DNA of 64,000 nt, from positions 9,796,001 to 9,860,000 of the forward strand of contig JBHGNT010000003.1 in the NCBI GenBank assembly GCA_043228905.1. Direction: 5' to 3'. Under the pieces are notes generated by a model, which searched no databases, was not told where the DNA came from, and worked only from the letters and a program-made list of their open reading frames with translations. This DNA is from Azolla caroliniana (taxonomy: Eukaryota > Plantae > Polypodiophyta). Position 1 is the first letter of the stretch, and every line of letters starts with the position of its first letter. Below are positions 38,266 through 51,481 of the stretch, piece by piece. Both the position numbers and the translations under genes were made by a program.

Positions 38266-38633
38266 AGGAGTGATCATGAATGTATTTTTGGCTATTAAGT
38301 GTAACTACATTCCGCTTGTAACAATCGAGTAATATAAAAGCATGTGTTTTGAATTCTTATGATTTCTAAAAAATCGTTTCTTATAAAATAACATTGGTTG
38401 TAAAGTTTGTGATATAAATTGAGAATGTAACTTTTTGAAATTCCTTTTTTATTTATTTACTTCTAAATCACGAAAATAGTGGAGTTCGAACCTTTTTCAT
38501 AGTATATTTGAACATGTATGATACTAGTATCAATGTGTTTTGTAAAATCATTTAAAAAGCCCTAAAATCAACCAAAATATTCCTTATCCTTCCATTTATG
38601 CGCGATCCTTCCACTTGTGAACGCGAACGTGTT

Positions 38634-39283
38634 GATAGTCTTAGAACGGCGATCAATAAAATTCGAAGATTGAGTCAAGGGGATTGTCCCGCCTTTGAGT
38701 ACGCCGCAGATTTCTGCCTCCTAACTTGTGATATTCCATGGGATCAAGAAGCATTAATGGATCAGTTTCGCCATGGACTACGAAATGATGTAAAAGATTT
38801 GTTATTAAGTTTCCACAAAGATCCAAGATCACTTAAAGAAGCAATAAGTCGTGCAGTGCGATGTGACAATCGCTTATTTGAGCGACGTTCAGAACGACAA
38901 CTAATGTCACGACCAAGAACGAATCAAACATATGCTTTAGTAGTAGCCTCGACACCTACGAGCACTACCCAAACTTCACACATGATTCCATCAAGTGGTC
39001 CAAGTCCGATGGAGATTGATGTAACACGTCGTCGAGGGCCTTTGTCTGAAGCTGAGAAGCAACGATGCCGAGCAAACCGTCTATGTTTGTATTGTGGTGG
39101 TCCGGGACACATATCAATCACCTTCCCACATAGGCCAAAACGACAAGTAAATCAAGTAAGTACTAGTGAGAAACTTAATTCCAATTCCCTAGTTAGATCA
39201 TCTATCCCTAGTAGCCCCATATGTCAAGTCCAGTCCAATAGTTTTTAGGTCTTGAGTCAGCTTCATGAAATATTAAACGAATA
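38634..39283 (+). pseudogene. Chromovirus gag, 3' half with zinc knuckle
   Basis: SLRTAINKIRRL..DIPWDQEALMDQF..PMEID..RLCLYCGGPGH, homologous to 58622-59785. Confidence 0.92.
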
Positions 39284-39748
39284 AGTCCAATCAAAATCGG
39301 AGCCATTTTATTAGAGATCTAGGTACTAAAGTAAGCTTAAGATAAGGATAAACTAATGATAGATAGAAAGGAGAAAGAGAAAGAAGGGTGCCGATCCACC
39401 CGACCACCCCCGAGCGAAGGGATCGAGACGGACTCAAGCCTCGATCGGCGTCCCATACCACCGCCGTGGCGTTGAGTTGTACCTGGTGCTGGTGTGCTCG
39501 CTACAAGAGTTGACCCACCACAAGAGCAGAGTCTCGATGTAGTCAAAAGATAATCGAATGAGGGTAGCTAGGCCTCTTATTTATAGCGATACCCAAGGCC
39601 CCCAGGCAAGTTCACACTTGACCTAATGGGTTGTCTCAATCCCGAGGATTAAAAGTAATCCTCCCCTTCTTTACACTCTCGTTTAACCTCACACTTATCG
39701 ACGTGTATAGAATACTACGGTAAATTCTCACCACGGGATATTAAATGG

Positions 39749-42700
39749 TCATGCCCGTAACATACTCCCCCTCTTTAAAACATTGCACTCTTGCAATGGA
39801 AAGTTAGGGAAATTAGTTCTAAGAGTATTTTCGCGTTCCCATGTGGCATCTTTTATTGATTTATCCATCCATTTTATTTTAAATTCTCGGATTTCTTTAG
39901 TACGTAATTTTTTTGTTTTAACATCGAGAATTCTTTCTGGTACATGTGGTTTAGAAGATAATTCTTCAGAAGTAACCAGAGTTTCAGTTGTAACTGTATT
40001 GTCGCCAGAACCTAGAAGTTCTTTTAGATGACTCACATGAAAGACTTGATGAATTCCAACACCATCGGGAAGAGCGAGACGATAGGATGATGACCCAATG
40101 CGTTTGAGGACTGTAAAAGGTCCACAAAACCGTGGGGCTAACTTAGCGCACTTACCCATAGACAATGTCTTAGAATTGTGAGGTACACGTAAAAATACCT
40201 TCTGTCCAGGGTTGAATACACGAGGTTGCCTATGATGGTCGGCATAAAAAGCGCTCTATCTTGAGTTGTTTTTATATTATCTCGTGCAATATGCAACATG
40301 TCTTGCATATCCCGAAGAAAGTTTTGCGTACTTCGCAACTCATCATGATGTATATTAACATCAATCGGGGCTCGTGGCTGAAAACCATACATCAACATAA
40401 AAGGACTATATCCCATCGACATATGCTTGGAGCTGTTATAAGCAAACTCCAAAATTGGGAGATAACGTTCCCATTTTGTTGGTTTTGCACCAACGTATGC
40501 TCGAAGCATGTCCTCAATAATTTGATTTACTCGTTCAGTCTTTTCATCGGATTGAGGATGATCCGTGGAGCTCATGCTCAACGTAGTTTCTAACTTCTTA
40601 AAGACTTGCGTCCAGAAGTCACTAGTAAACTTTGGATCTCGATCACTCACGATATCCATCGGTAACCCATAAAAACGAAATAATTCGTCAACAAATTGGT
40701 AAGCCAATTCAAGAGCTGTTACCGTGGTTTTAGTAGCAATAAATCTGGCCATTTTAGTTAGTCGATCAACGACAACCCAGATGGCATCATGACCTTTATG
40801 GGTGCGAGGAAAGTTAACAATAAAATCCATGGATATACTTTCCCACTTATTAATTGGAATGTCCAAGGGATGTAAAAGTCCTGTGGCTTTAAGTCGCTCG
40901 GCTTTGTTAACCTGACACTGGTGACATTTAGTCAAATAGCTATGTATGTCAGGACACATCTTAGGCCAATAAAATTGAGTGGAGATGAGAACGAGTGTAC
41001 GATGTATTCCAGGGTGCCCTGCTGAGGGTGCATCATGGCATTAAAAAAGAATCCTCTTTTTGACCTTGGGTAAATCTAGAACACAAACCTTCCCATTACG
41101 GTAGAGCAAACCGTTAGCAATGTGGAAGTATTCCTTCGAGGATGTGGTGGTGTCTGTTCCAGACTCAACTCTTGCCCAGTATTTTGCAAAATAACTGTCA
41201 TCAGGATACTTTCCTCGAAGGTGATCATAAAGATTTGATGTTATTTCAGTGAAGCTAAGCATGTTAACTTCACGGATGCGACTTAGTGCATCAGCGACAG
41301 TGTTCATGGAACCTTTACGATATCGTATGGAAAAATCAAAGTCCTGGATGAGATCAGCCCATCGTGCCTTACGACCTTTCAGGTCTTGTTGGTCACAAAA
41401 ATATTTCAAGGACTCGTGGTCCGTAGTTACCACAAAGCGATTTCCATAAAGATAATGGCGCCATGTTTTGAGCGCATATATAACTGCGAATAATTCCTTT
41501 TATTGAACGGTATACCGACATTGAGCAGAATCAAGTTTCTTACTCTCGAATGCTATTGGTTTACCATCTGATACAAGACAACACCTATAACATAATTGCT
41601 TGCATCGGTTTCAACCTCAAAAAGTTTTGAAGGATCAGGTAAAAGAAGTGAAGGAGCCTTACAAACCAGGTCCTTGAGTTCCTTAAAGGCGAGGTCTAGT
41701 GTAGCATTCTAGACAATAGGTTTTGTAGACTTACGCGTTTGACCTTTTAAAAGATCAGTAAATGGCGTCGTCAATTGGGAGTAATTACAAAGAGACTTTT
41801 GCAAAAACCCGACAAAACCAAGGAATGATCGAACTTCTCAAATATTTCGAAGAGTGGGCCAAAGCTTGATTTTCTCAATGTGAGAAGGATCAATTTCAAC
41901 TCCTTGTTCGGTTATGAGATGTCCTAGATAAGTAATTGATTTCTTGAAGAACTCACATTTTGAGATCTTCGCATAAAACTGTTTTTCACGCACTGTTTGT
42001 AAAACAAAGCGGACATGTCTAGCATGTTCTTGTAATGTACGGCTATAAACTAAAATATCATCCAAGAAAATAATGACAAATTTTCCAAGTTGTTCTTGGA
42101 AAATGTCATTCATTTCTTGTTGAAATGTAGCCGGAGCATTGGTCAAACCAAAAGGCATAACCAAAAACTCGTAATGGCCATAACGCGTACGAAATGCCGT
42201 TTTAGGAACATCGTCCTCACTTATTCATATTTGATGGTAGCCAGTATGGAGATCAAGTTTCGTAAAATACCGAGCTCCCTAGAGATGGTCAATTAGATCG
42301 TCAGCCCGGGGCAATGGATACGAATTCTTGATCGTCACTTTATTCAAGCGTCGGTAATTAATACATATACGCCATGTGCCCTCTTTCTTTTTAACCAAGA
42401 GAACTAGTGCACCCCATGGAGATTTACAATAACGTATATAACCCATTCGTAAATAGGCCTTGAGTTGCTTAGATACCTCATCTTCTTCGGATCGACTTAA
42501 GCGATACGGAGGTGTACTTATTGGTGCAACACCAAGTACAATATCTATACGATGGTCTATATTACGTTTAGGAGGTAAGCCATCTGGTAGTTCACTCGGA
42601 AAAACATCACGAAAATCATTTAAGATTTCATCAAGTTGTTGTTGTTCAAAATATGTTAATTGAATCGAGACATTATCGATATTATAAATGTGAATGTCCG

Positions 42701-43171
42701 GATAAGTACACAATAAAATAGAGTAGAACAAGACAACTCGGATATTGATGGACATGAGGAAACAATCGAGAGGAATTGTTTTTTTACACATTGAATAAAA
42801 TGTGTACAATTGTTCAATACAAAAGAAATGGAATGGCGAACCCAATCAATAAATAAAGAAGAGTTTTTATTATCAAACCAGGGATAACCTAGTATTACAT
42901 CGGTGGTACAAAGATTCATTACATGGAAGTCTACTTCCTTTATATAAGTATCAATTGAAATTCCTAATGAATGAATCGCCCCGTTGATGTATTGTACTCT
43001 TCCATTGGCCAAGTGCACCATGTAGGTGTGATCACTCACGGTGGGTTGGATTCCCCATATCTGAATCAAACGATCATTCACAAAATTGTGTGAGCTTCCC
43101 GAATCAAATAAAAATTGTACGGTGTCGTGAAGATTTTCGGCAATAGTGTGAAAATCCCATAAAACGTACAA
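39749..43171 (-). pseudogene. pol (protease, RT, RNase H, integrase, chromodomain) of the second chromovirus
   Basis: [51 protein letters not shown] module, and PERIL..FKIKW..DATWE chromodomain. Confidence 0.92.
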
Positions 43172-43618
43172 AATCGAGTATGAATCACATAATACAATAA
43201 TTGTGAAGATAACATTTTAAATAAATTTAATATCTAAGTATAAAATGATGGAGGTTTCGAATGCACTTTATTACACGAGAAACGGACAACTAAATGTCAA
43301 GATATGAGGACATAAAGTTTGTGAAAGGAAAAGAGAAAATTGTGAGATATCCCACATAGGCACGACAAATACGGCTCTCATCATATATAAGGTAGAGCAA
43401 AAGCTATTATCTTTGTGTTTATGTGTGGAGAATAGAGAGTTCAAGGTAACTTGAACTAAAAGTGGAGGTGGGCTAGCTACTCGTAAAGGGTTTTGGTTGC
43501 CAAAACAGGACCGACGATGGAGCCGGTGATCCGGCGGCATCCGACGGCAATCCGGCGACGGCGATGCAGCGGCATCTGGTGACGGCATCCGGTGGATGCG
43601 CGGTTAGGTGGGGGCGGA

Positions 43619-46600
43619 TGTCATGAAGAAAACCGTCCCTTAGCGCAATCAGTGCATAGAGCGCGTGAACCGGCTCTTCACGCGTGCGCGCCCTTAATGT
43701 ATATAATAGAGATTAAGTACGTAGGTATATCCTGGGTAGTTAGATTCGGTAGGTAGGACGTAAATGAGGGAGACGGCTCCCTTCTTGACGCTATAAAGGA
43801 GAGGGAGACGCAGAGAGAAGGGATCGCGCATTAAGGAGGACGAAGTGCTGTCGAACCATAACCGAACGCTTCTCCTCTGTTCGTTCTCGATCGCTCTTCT
43901 CTGCAGGGTTTCGGGAGGCTCGCGCTGCTTTGAGGAATGCCCGTGTGCTTCCGGCAGCACCTCCACCCTTTTCTCCTTTCGTGCGCAGACGAACAAGCAT
44001 CGACATCTGTTCGCCGGCCTGTTCGGTTGTAATAGCTCGCGTGCTTTGTTGTGTATTTGTTACTCGTTAAGCTACAAAAACTTGTGTCTCCCTGTCTTTG
44101 TGTCCATTCGCGTCTTCTGTGTTGACGGGTCGTGCCCCTGTGTTTCTTTGCTCATACGTGACAGGGTGTCTCTCTCTCTCTCTCTTTCCCCTTCTATCAC
44201 CTGCTCTTCGGTTCAAGACCCCGGTGGTCCCGCCTCGTTTCTCCACGCACGCGCGTAGTAACGCGACATATTTGGTGAGCCCGACGTGAAACAAGGCGGC
44301 AGAGGAGCAGAAGATGAGGGGGTCGGATCTTGCAGAGGCCATGGCTTCGGCCGTGGACCGGATAGTGAGCGCGCGCGAGGGCACTGGCGCCCTTGACAGG
44401 GCTATTGAGGCGATCGTCGGTATGATTGGCCGGTTCAGTGGAAAGGATGCCACGAGTTATTTGGCATCCTACCGGGCGGAGATGTTGATGAGGGATATTC
44501 TGGAAGAGAGGCGTCTTGCCGGATTCCCTCGAATGGCGATGTCGGGCATCCATGCGGAGGTGCTCGAGGTCCGGGCGGAGAGCCGGACCTGGGAGGAGTT
44601 CGAAGGACGTCTCCTGGAGAAATACGGGCTGGATGACGTGCTTCGACTTTCGAAGCAGGGCTTCATGGAGTGGGTGGAGTCCCCCAACAAAGGAAGAAAT
44701 GCGTCGGTACTCCTCCGGGAGTTTGAGGAACGCTTTGCGCGCCTTTCGGTGCTCGATCGGACCGTTCTGGACACAAGTCGTGTCCTATTGTTTGTCAAAT
44801 CGGTTGACGCACGGGATCGGGGGCAAGTTGGCTCCTTACTGGAAACCGAAGACGGACTGACAGCCGATTGGGCCGCGGTAAAGAGAGTATGCGGCCGTTT
44901 TGACAAACGGTGGGAGTGGGCTGATACAGAGGCGACCGGGGCGGGACCTGTCGCAGCAAGGAAGCTCGAACCGATACCGCAGGCGCGAAGGGAAGAGACC
45001 CGGGAGTGGCTCGAAACCGTTCTTCTTCGACCGGCATGATCAGAGGCTCGTCCGGGGGAACAGCTCTGGAGGTTTCGTCGAAGCAGCTTGCCAGAACTAT
45101 GAGGCTCTAGTTGAAGACAAACGGGTAGGTAAAACCGGAGGGGCCGGACCCTCACAGAGATACGAAACCCGATTCGGGCCGAAACGGAACGAGGCCGGTG
45201 AGTCCAGTGCCCGGGATAACCACAAGAAGGGCGGATACCGTTTGGGCACGGAGATCGAAAGGACCACGGACCTACGAAAGGTCCTGGAAGAACGAATCCT
45301 CGACAGAAAAGTGGAACTGTCGTTGCGGGAGGTGCTCGGAATCGCCAAGAAGGAGTTCCACAACTCCATCGTAGACTTGGTGAAGAGGAAGAGGCTGTCG
45401 ACGGAGGCAGAACCGGAAAGGCCGGTGGAGGTGCGGACGGCGCACATAGAGGACATGGCGCTGGAAGAAGAGTGGGCGGAGAGCCACACTGGGCCCGAGC
45501 GACCACGGAAACCCCGGTGAAGATCGGAGATGTTCAGGAACCGGTGGTGGCGCTGGTGGACCACGATTCGGAAATAAACCTGATGTCCATGGACTTCTAC
45601 AAGAAGGGGAAATTGCCGATCAACACCAAGCACGGGTGGAAGATACGGGTAGCGACGCGCGCCACCGAGGAACTACACGGGGCCTGCCCAAACATGCAAG
45701 TCAAGATCGGCAACGTCGAGATAGATCAGCACTTCTTTGTGCAGGAGACGTCCTTGCAACCGGTCATACTGGGAGAACCGTACATTATAGCAGCACGGAT
45801 AGAGACCAAGGTGCTGGACAACGGGTCGGCTTACGCGAGGTTCAAGAGTTAGGACGGGCATCATTCGGTCCAGTTCCTGACGGTGCGACCGAACCACGAG
45901 CGAAACCGCGAGTCCCTCGGTGGCGAGAACCGAGAGGATTTTTAGAGAGGGTTGTCAAGGCGTGGGGCCGCGACACTCCGGACACTCCGGGAAAACCCCA
46001 CAAATGTACGATAAAGGTGAAACCGAAGAAACCTTGTACCATAGGTAGTGGAAGTTTTGTTTCTCCGACAACGGAGGGTGTACGATAGTCGGCGTCGTTG
46101 GCCGAGAAAAGACAAGGGCGGAAGAGAGACTTCGGGCGTACGGAGTTCTCGGTCCTAGCGAGGAAATCAACGGAGCCGTGGAGGCGGTCTCCTTCGACGA
46201 TACCTTGGGAATACTACGAGAGGTGGTCGGAGAGGACCTTAAAGAAGACCGGACGATACCGGTTTGTTCGGAAGAGATGTACGAAGTCATCGCAGACTTC
46301 AGTCGAGGGCTCGAGTCGGATAGGACGGCCCAGGTTAACACGAAGTACAAGACTGTGGACCGGAAGGTAAGGCCAGTCACGGCACCCTTACCGGAGGGCA
46401 GTGAGTTGCGAATCAAGGGGGTTGCGTCGGACCCCAGTTTACGAGATCTGGCCTGCATAGGGCACGCCTTCACCGATAGAACGCTACGGGAGCTCAAAAT
46501 CGGTGGGGGCGGGTTCCTACTACCGGTGGAAGAAGACCGGTTTCGGAGAATGCTCGGAAGGCACGGGAAAGCCTTCGCATTCTCACCGGGAGAGATTGGG

Positions 46601-49600
46601 TGCGTAGACCCGACGGTCGTGAAGCCGATGGTGATATTCACGGTACCGCATGTGCCGTGGAATCTCAAACCAATTCCGGTACCGAGAGCTCACATCCCGG
46701 AGCTGATGAAGCTATTGAGGCAGAAAGTCGATATGGGCATCCTCGAACCGTCGAGTGCCCCGTACTGGAACCGATGGTTTACTGTACCGAAGAAGAACGG
46801 GACGTTGCGCTTCATTCAAGACCTGCAACCGGTAATAGAGTGACCATTCGGAACGCAGGAATCGGACCAACGATAGACGAGTTCGCAGAGGCCTTCGCCG
46901 GAAGGTCGATCTACTCGATCGGTGATCTGTACTCGGGGTACGATCAGTTCCAACTAGCCGTAGAGAGCAGAGACATTACGACGATGCGGACTCCTCTCGG
47001 CCTAGTGTGGATGTGTACCCTGCCACAAGGAGGGACGAACTCGGTGGCCCACATGGTGAATGCGATGAACAAGGTGCTGAGGGATTGTATCCCGGACATC
47101 ACCATGCCATTCTTGGACGACATCCCGATCAAGGGATGTCCGGTGGAGGAAAAGGACGAAACGATCGGACTGGACGGATGCCGGAAATTCGTGGCGACAC
47201 ACATTGACGACTGCGAGAGGGTGCTGTAGAGGCTAGAGGACGCGAGGCTCACCTTCTCCGGGGAGAAATCGGCCTTCGGGAAATCAGAGATCATGGTCGT
47301 CGGACATCTATGCGGACCGTATGGCCGGAAACCGTCTCCGGCTAAGGTGGAAGCCATCTCCGCAATGAAGCCCGACTGTAACTCGGTCACGGAAGTACGA
47401 AGGTTCTTGGGAGCATGCGCGTTCTACCACATATGGATCCCGCATTACACCCACGTTGCCGAGCCGCTATACGGTTTGCTGAAAAAGGGGTGAAAATTCG
47501 AGTGGCGAGACGAGCATACGGAGTCGGTCCGAAAGATGAAGGAGGCTCTTGCTGCAGCTCCGGCACTCCGGAAGGCGGTCTACGAGAAAGGCACTCCCGT
47601 CTACATAACGGTAGATACGAGTCCGACCGGGATCGGATGGGTTGTCAACCAAGAAGATGAGGATGGCATTCGGTTCCCAATCCGGTTCGGGGTGAAGGTC
47701 CTCAGTGAGCAACAGCGAGGATACGCCCAGGTTAAACGCGAACTCTGGGGTATCGTTTCGGCGGTGAAGACCAATAAAGACTATCTGATCGGGACAGAGG
47801 TGATTATCGAGACGGACTGCCTGCCGATTCTCGGCATGGTTTCCGGATGCGCAACCCCGGACCTGGCAATGCTCAGGTGGATAGCATACATCAAGTCCCT
47901 GGATCCGGAAATACGACACATTTCTGGGCAAGACAATGCCATGGTCGACATGCTTTCAAGGGCGCGATTCGACAACGAGGGCGGCATGGTTTCGGAGGAT
48001 GAGGAAGTCGGCGTGGACTTCTTCAAGGCGGCTTACGTAACAACCGAGGGGGGGAGCACTCCGGCGCTTAACGATTTTAACGAGAGCAAGTACGATGGGG
48101 AGTGGCTGTAGATTGGAGGATTCTTGAGGACGATGACGCCGGACGCGTCATGGACAAAGGACGAGGCCAACTGGATCCGGAAGAAAGCATACCGATTCTT
48201 TCTCCGGGACGGATACTTGTGGAAGCACCCGAAGAAGAGAAACGGCATCCCGCTCCGAGTAGTGGCGATGGAGGAGGAACAGGAGGAGTTGCTGAAGGCC
48301 TACCACGACAGCCCCTGGGCTGGACACCGTGGGACGTGGGCCACGTTCGAGAAACTAAAGGGGAAGTACTGGTGGTCGGGACTGTACCGGGACGTACATC
48401 GGTTCATGACAACTTGTGAGAGTTGTCAGATGCACTCCATAGTCCGACATCGGGACGAGCTTCACCCTACATACCCTCCAGCCATCCACTTCAAATGGAT
48501 GGTAGATTTGGTGACGATGCCGATGGGCGTAGGGCAGATGCGATATCTGGTGTTGGCCCGAGAGGACCTGATGAACCAGGTGGAAGGCCGAGCCCTGCAG
48601 AACAAAACGATTGCGGCCGTGTATCGGTTCCTGATCGAGGACGTGATATGCCGGTACGGGTGTGTCGGAAAGATCGTGGCTGACCGCGGGGAGTTAGACG
48701 CCGAAGAGGCCAAGGAGCTGTTCGACCGGTTAGGGGTCAAGCTCTCGCTCACCACAGCGTACAATCCGGAGGCGAACGGGAAGGTGGAGCGCGGGCACGG
48801 ACCGATCGTCAAAGCGCTAGTCCGGGCGTGCGAAGGACAGGTCGGGAACTGGCCATGACTATTACCCTATGCCTTGTGGGCGGACCGGACAACGCACAGT
48901 TCGGTAACCGGGTTCATGCCATCAGAGCTCATGTTCGGACAGAAGCCGATCATGCCGATGGAACGGACGATCTACTCTTGGGCGACAGTAGACTGGAGAG
49001 ACGAGGTGAGTCGGGAAGAACTGCTAGCGGTGCGTATACGACAGCTCGAGCGGAGGCCAGAGGACGTGGAACGAGAGGCGGAGAGACTTCGGACGGCGAG
49101 GATGAGGAACAAGGCCCGGTTCGACCGAACGCACCGGCTCCGACCAAAGAAAATCGAGGAAGGCGACTGGGTGCTAGTCTACGACAGCAGTCTCGACAAC
49201 CAGCACCGGGCAACACAGAAGTTTGCAAAGTGGTGGTTCGGGCCTTACGTGGTAACGAGCGCCAACGATAACGGGACGTATCACCTGGCGGAACTCGACG
49301 GTACGAGGATGGCGATACCGGTAGCATGGAAGCGGATCAAAGCGTTCAAGAAGCACCACGACGGCGAACCGGATCTAAGAGGCCTGGGCAACGACGACGA
49401 ACAGTCCGAAACGGAGGACGAACCGATGGACGAAGAACCGGAACTCGGACCGGTTTCCACCAACTAGAGCACAACTTTGGCGCATACCGGTGGATGCGCG
49501 GTTAGGTGGGGGCGGATGTTGTGAAGAAAACCGTCCCTTAGCGCAATCGGTGCATAGAGCGCGTGAACCGGCTCTTCACGCGTGTGCGCCCTTAATGTAT

Positions 49601-50164
49601 ATAATAGAGATTAAGTACGTAGGTATATCCTGGGTAGTTAGATTCGGTAGGTAGGACGTAAATGAGGGAGACGGCTCCCTTCTTGACGCTATAAAGGAGA
49701 GGGAGACGCAGAGAGAAGGGATCGCGCATTAAGGAGGACGAAGTGTTGTCAGATCGTAACCGAACGCTTCTCCTTTGTTCATTCTCGATCGCTCTTCTCT
49801 ACGGGGTTTCGGGAGGCTCGCGCTGATTCAAGGAACGCTTGTGTGCTTCCGGCATCACCTCCACCCTTTTCTCCTTTCGTGCGCAGACGAACAGGCATCG
49901 ACATCTGTTCGCCGGCCTGTTCGGTTGTAATAGCTCGCGTGCTCTATTGTGTATTTGTTACTCGTTAATCTACAAAAACTTGTGTCTCCCTGTCTTTGTG
50001 TCCATTCGCGTCTTCTGTGTTGACGGGTCATGCCCCTGTGTTTCTTTGCTCATACGTGACAGGGCGTCTCTCTCTCTCTCTTTCCCCTTCTATCACCTGC
50101 TCTTCGGTTCAAGACCCCGGTGGTTCCGCCTCGTTTCTCCACACACGCGCGTAGTAACGCGACA
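43619..50164 (+). mobile_element. Second GC-rich Ty3/gypsy element related to 22026-29780 (different LTR subfamily, internal deletion in gag)
   Basis: LTRs 43619-44268 and 49517-50164; PBS region TATTTGGTGAGCCC; gag from 44314; RT FLDD; integrase to 49467. Lacks the equivalent of ~23480-23960. Confidence 0.93.
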
Positions 50165-50519
50165 ACGTGTGTCATTGGAGCGACCTCACTTGAAGTGGGT
50201 CAAACCCTATGTACTCAACATCATTATGGCTATAGGCGTTTCTTTACGTAACGAAATCGAGGTCATCAACGGGGTTGTCAACAATAAAAAATTGTTGAAA
50301 AAGGGATGGTGACAACGCCATTCTCACAAAAATGTGAGGACGGCCACCAACATCCTTTTCCCGACAAGGACAACTTTCGATATAATCACGTAATAACGAA
50401 TATACACATATGTTTACTTATCACATATATACAATCAAATACGTATATACGTGACCACATATGCCTATATTAAACATATTGTTATATTAAATAGCCACAA
50501 ATGATAGGATTGAGATATG

Positions 50520-50775
50520 TAATCGAGGTATATACCTCTACGCACACGAAACATCCACAAATAAGAGATCATCGTAATACGCAATTGAGGTATTGACCTC
50601 TTACGCATACGAGACCAAAAGCATATCCTTTACAACAAATCAAGGTATTAAACTCATACGCAAACGTAACATATGTTCGTGAACGTAATATGTAATTGAG
50701 GTATTAACCTCGTACGCATACGACACTCATCACATATTATTTATATGTCAAACGAGGTATTGACCTCGTGCACAT
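50520..50775. repeat. Five ~57-60-bp degenerate repeats, each with the palindrome GAGGT-nnnn-ACCTC, in the chromovirus 5' leader
   Basis: Units at ~50525, 50588, 50642, 50698 and 50754. Confidence 0.75.
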
Positions 50776-51481
50776 ATGTAAAGGTTTTAGATAATCAATT
50801 AAAGACCACTACAACATCATTGACTTAATGAAAAAAAAATGACATATAAACTAAACACATGATTAGATGGAAGAAGAGAGAATAGAAAAAAAAATTACGA
50901 AAAGAGTTACCGAAGTTCTTTGTTGATCGTTGTCTGGATCAAGGCCGACCGCACATCGATCAATCACCATCAATCAAAAGACAAAAGACAAACAAAGAAA
51001 CATTAGTACATCGCTCTGAAACCAAATATTAGAGATCTAGGTATTAAAGTAAGCTTAAGATAAGGATAAACTAATGATAGATAGAAAGGAGAAAGAGAAA
51101 GAAGGGTGAGGATCCACCCGACCACCCCCGAGCGAAGGGATCGAGATGGACTCGAGCCTCGATCGGCGTCCCATACCACCGCCGTGTCGTCGAGTCGTAC
51201 CTGGTGCTGGCGCGCTCGCTACAAGAGTTGGCCCGCCACAAGAGCAGAGTCTCGATGTAGTCAAAAGATAATCGAATGAGGGTAGCTAGGCCTCTTATTT
51301 ATAGCGATACCCAAGGCCCCCAGGCAAGTTCACACTTGACCTAATGGGTTGTCTCAATCCCGAGGATTAAAAGTAATCCTCCCCTTCTTTACACTCTCGT
51401 TTAACCCTCACACTTATCCACGTGTATAGAATACTACGGTAAATTCTCACCACGGGATATTAAATGGTCATGCCCGTAACA

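Larger units (their letters stand above)
9936..38633. mobile_element. Outer TIR DNA transposon (Sola1-like) with divergent methyltransferase-fusion (copy B) and transposase genes; ~9.7 kb without nested inserts
   Basis: TIR AACACGTTTGCGTTCACAAGTGGAAGGATCACGCAT (9936-9971) and its inverse at 38598-38633. Exact TSD GATA at 9932-9935 and 38634-38637. Removing the element restores gag (FGDTD-SLRTAINKIR). Confidence 0.93.
39309..51481 (-). mobile_element. Second chromovirus family (tRNA-Met primed), inserted at the gag/pol boundary of the host element; no gag visible
   Basis: LTRs 39309-39762 and 51027-51481; exact TSD CATTT (39304-39308, 51482-51486). PBS TGGTTTCAGAGC at 51013-51024; PPT at 39763-39776. 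Confidence 0.93.

Noticed and set aside
9936-38633. CACTA, Helitron, hAT or MULE assignment for the large element
   Set aside because: Termini are AACACG with a 4-bp TSD, there is no Rep/helicase, and the catalytic motifs do not match those superfamilies. Sola1-like is the best motif-based fit but remains unconfirmed.
38598-39248. Stand-alone 216-aa gene
   Set aside because: Chimeric frame starting in the transposon TIR and running into the interrupted gag.
22883-49463. Numerous long antisense or alternative-frame ORFs over the two GC-rich gypsy elements
   Set aside because: Shadow ORFs of GC-rich gag-pol with no recognisable motifs.
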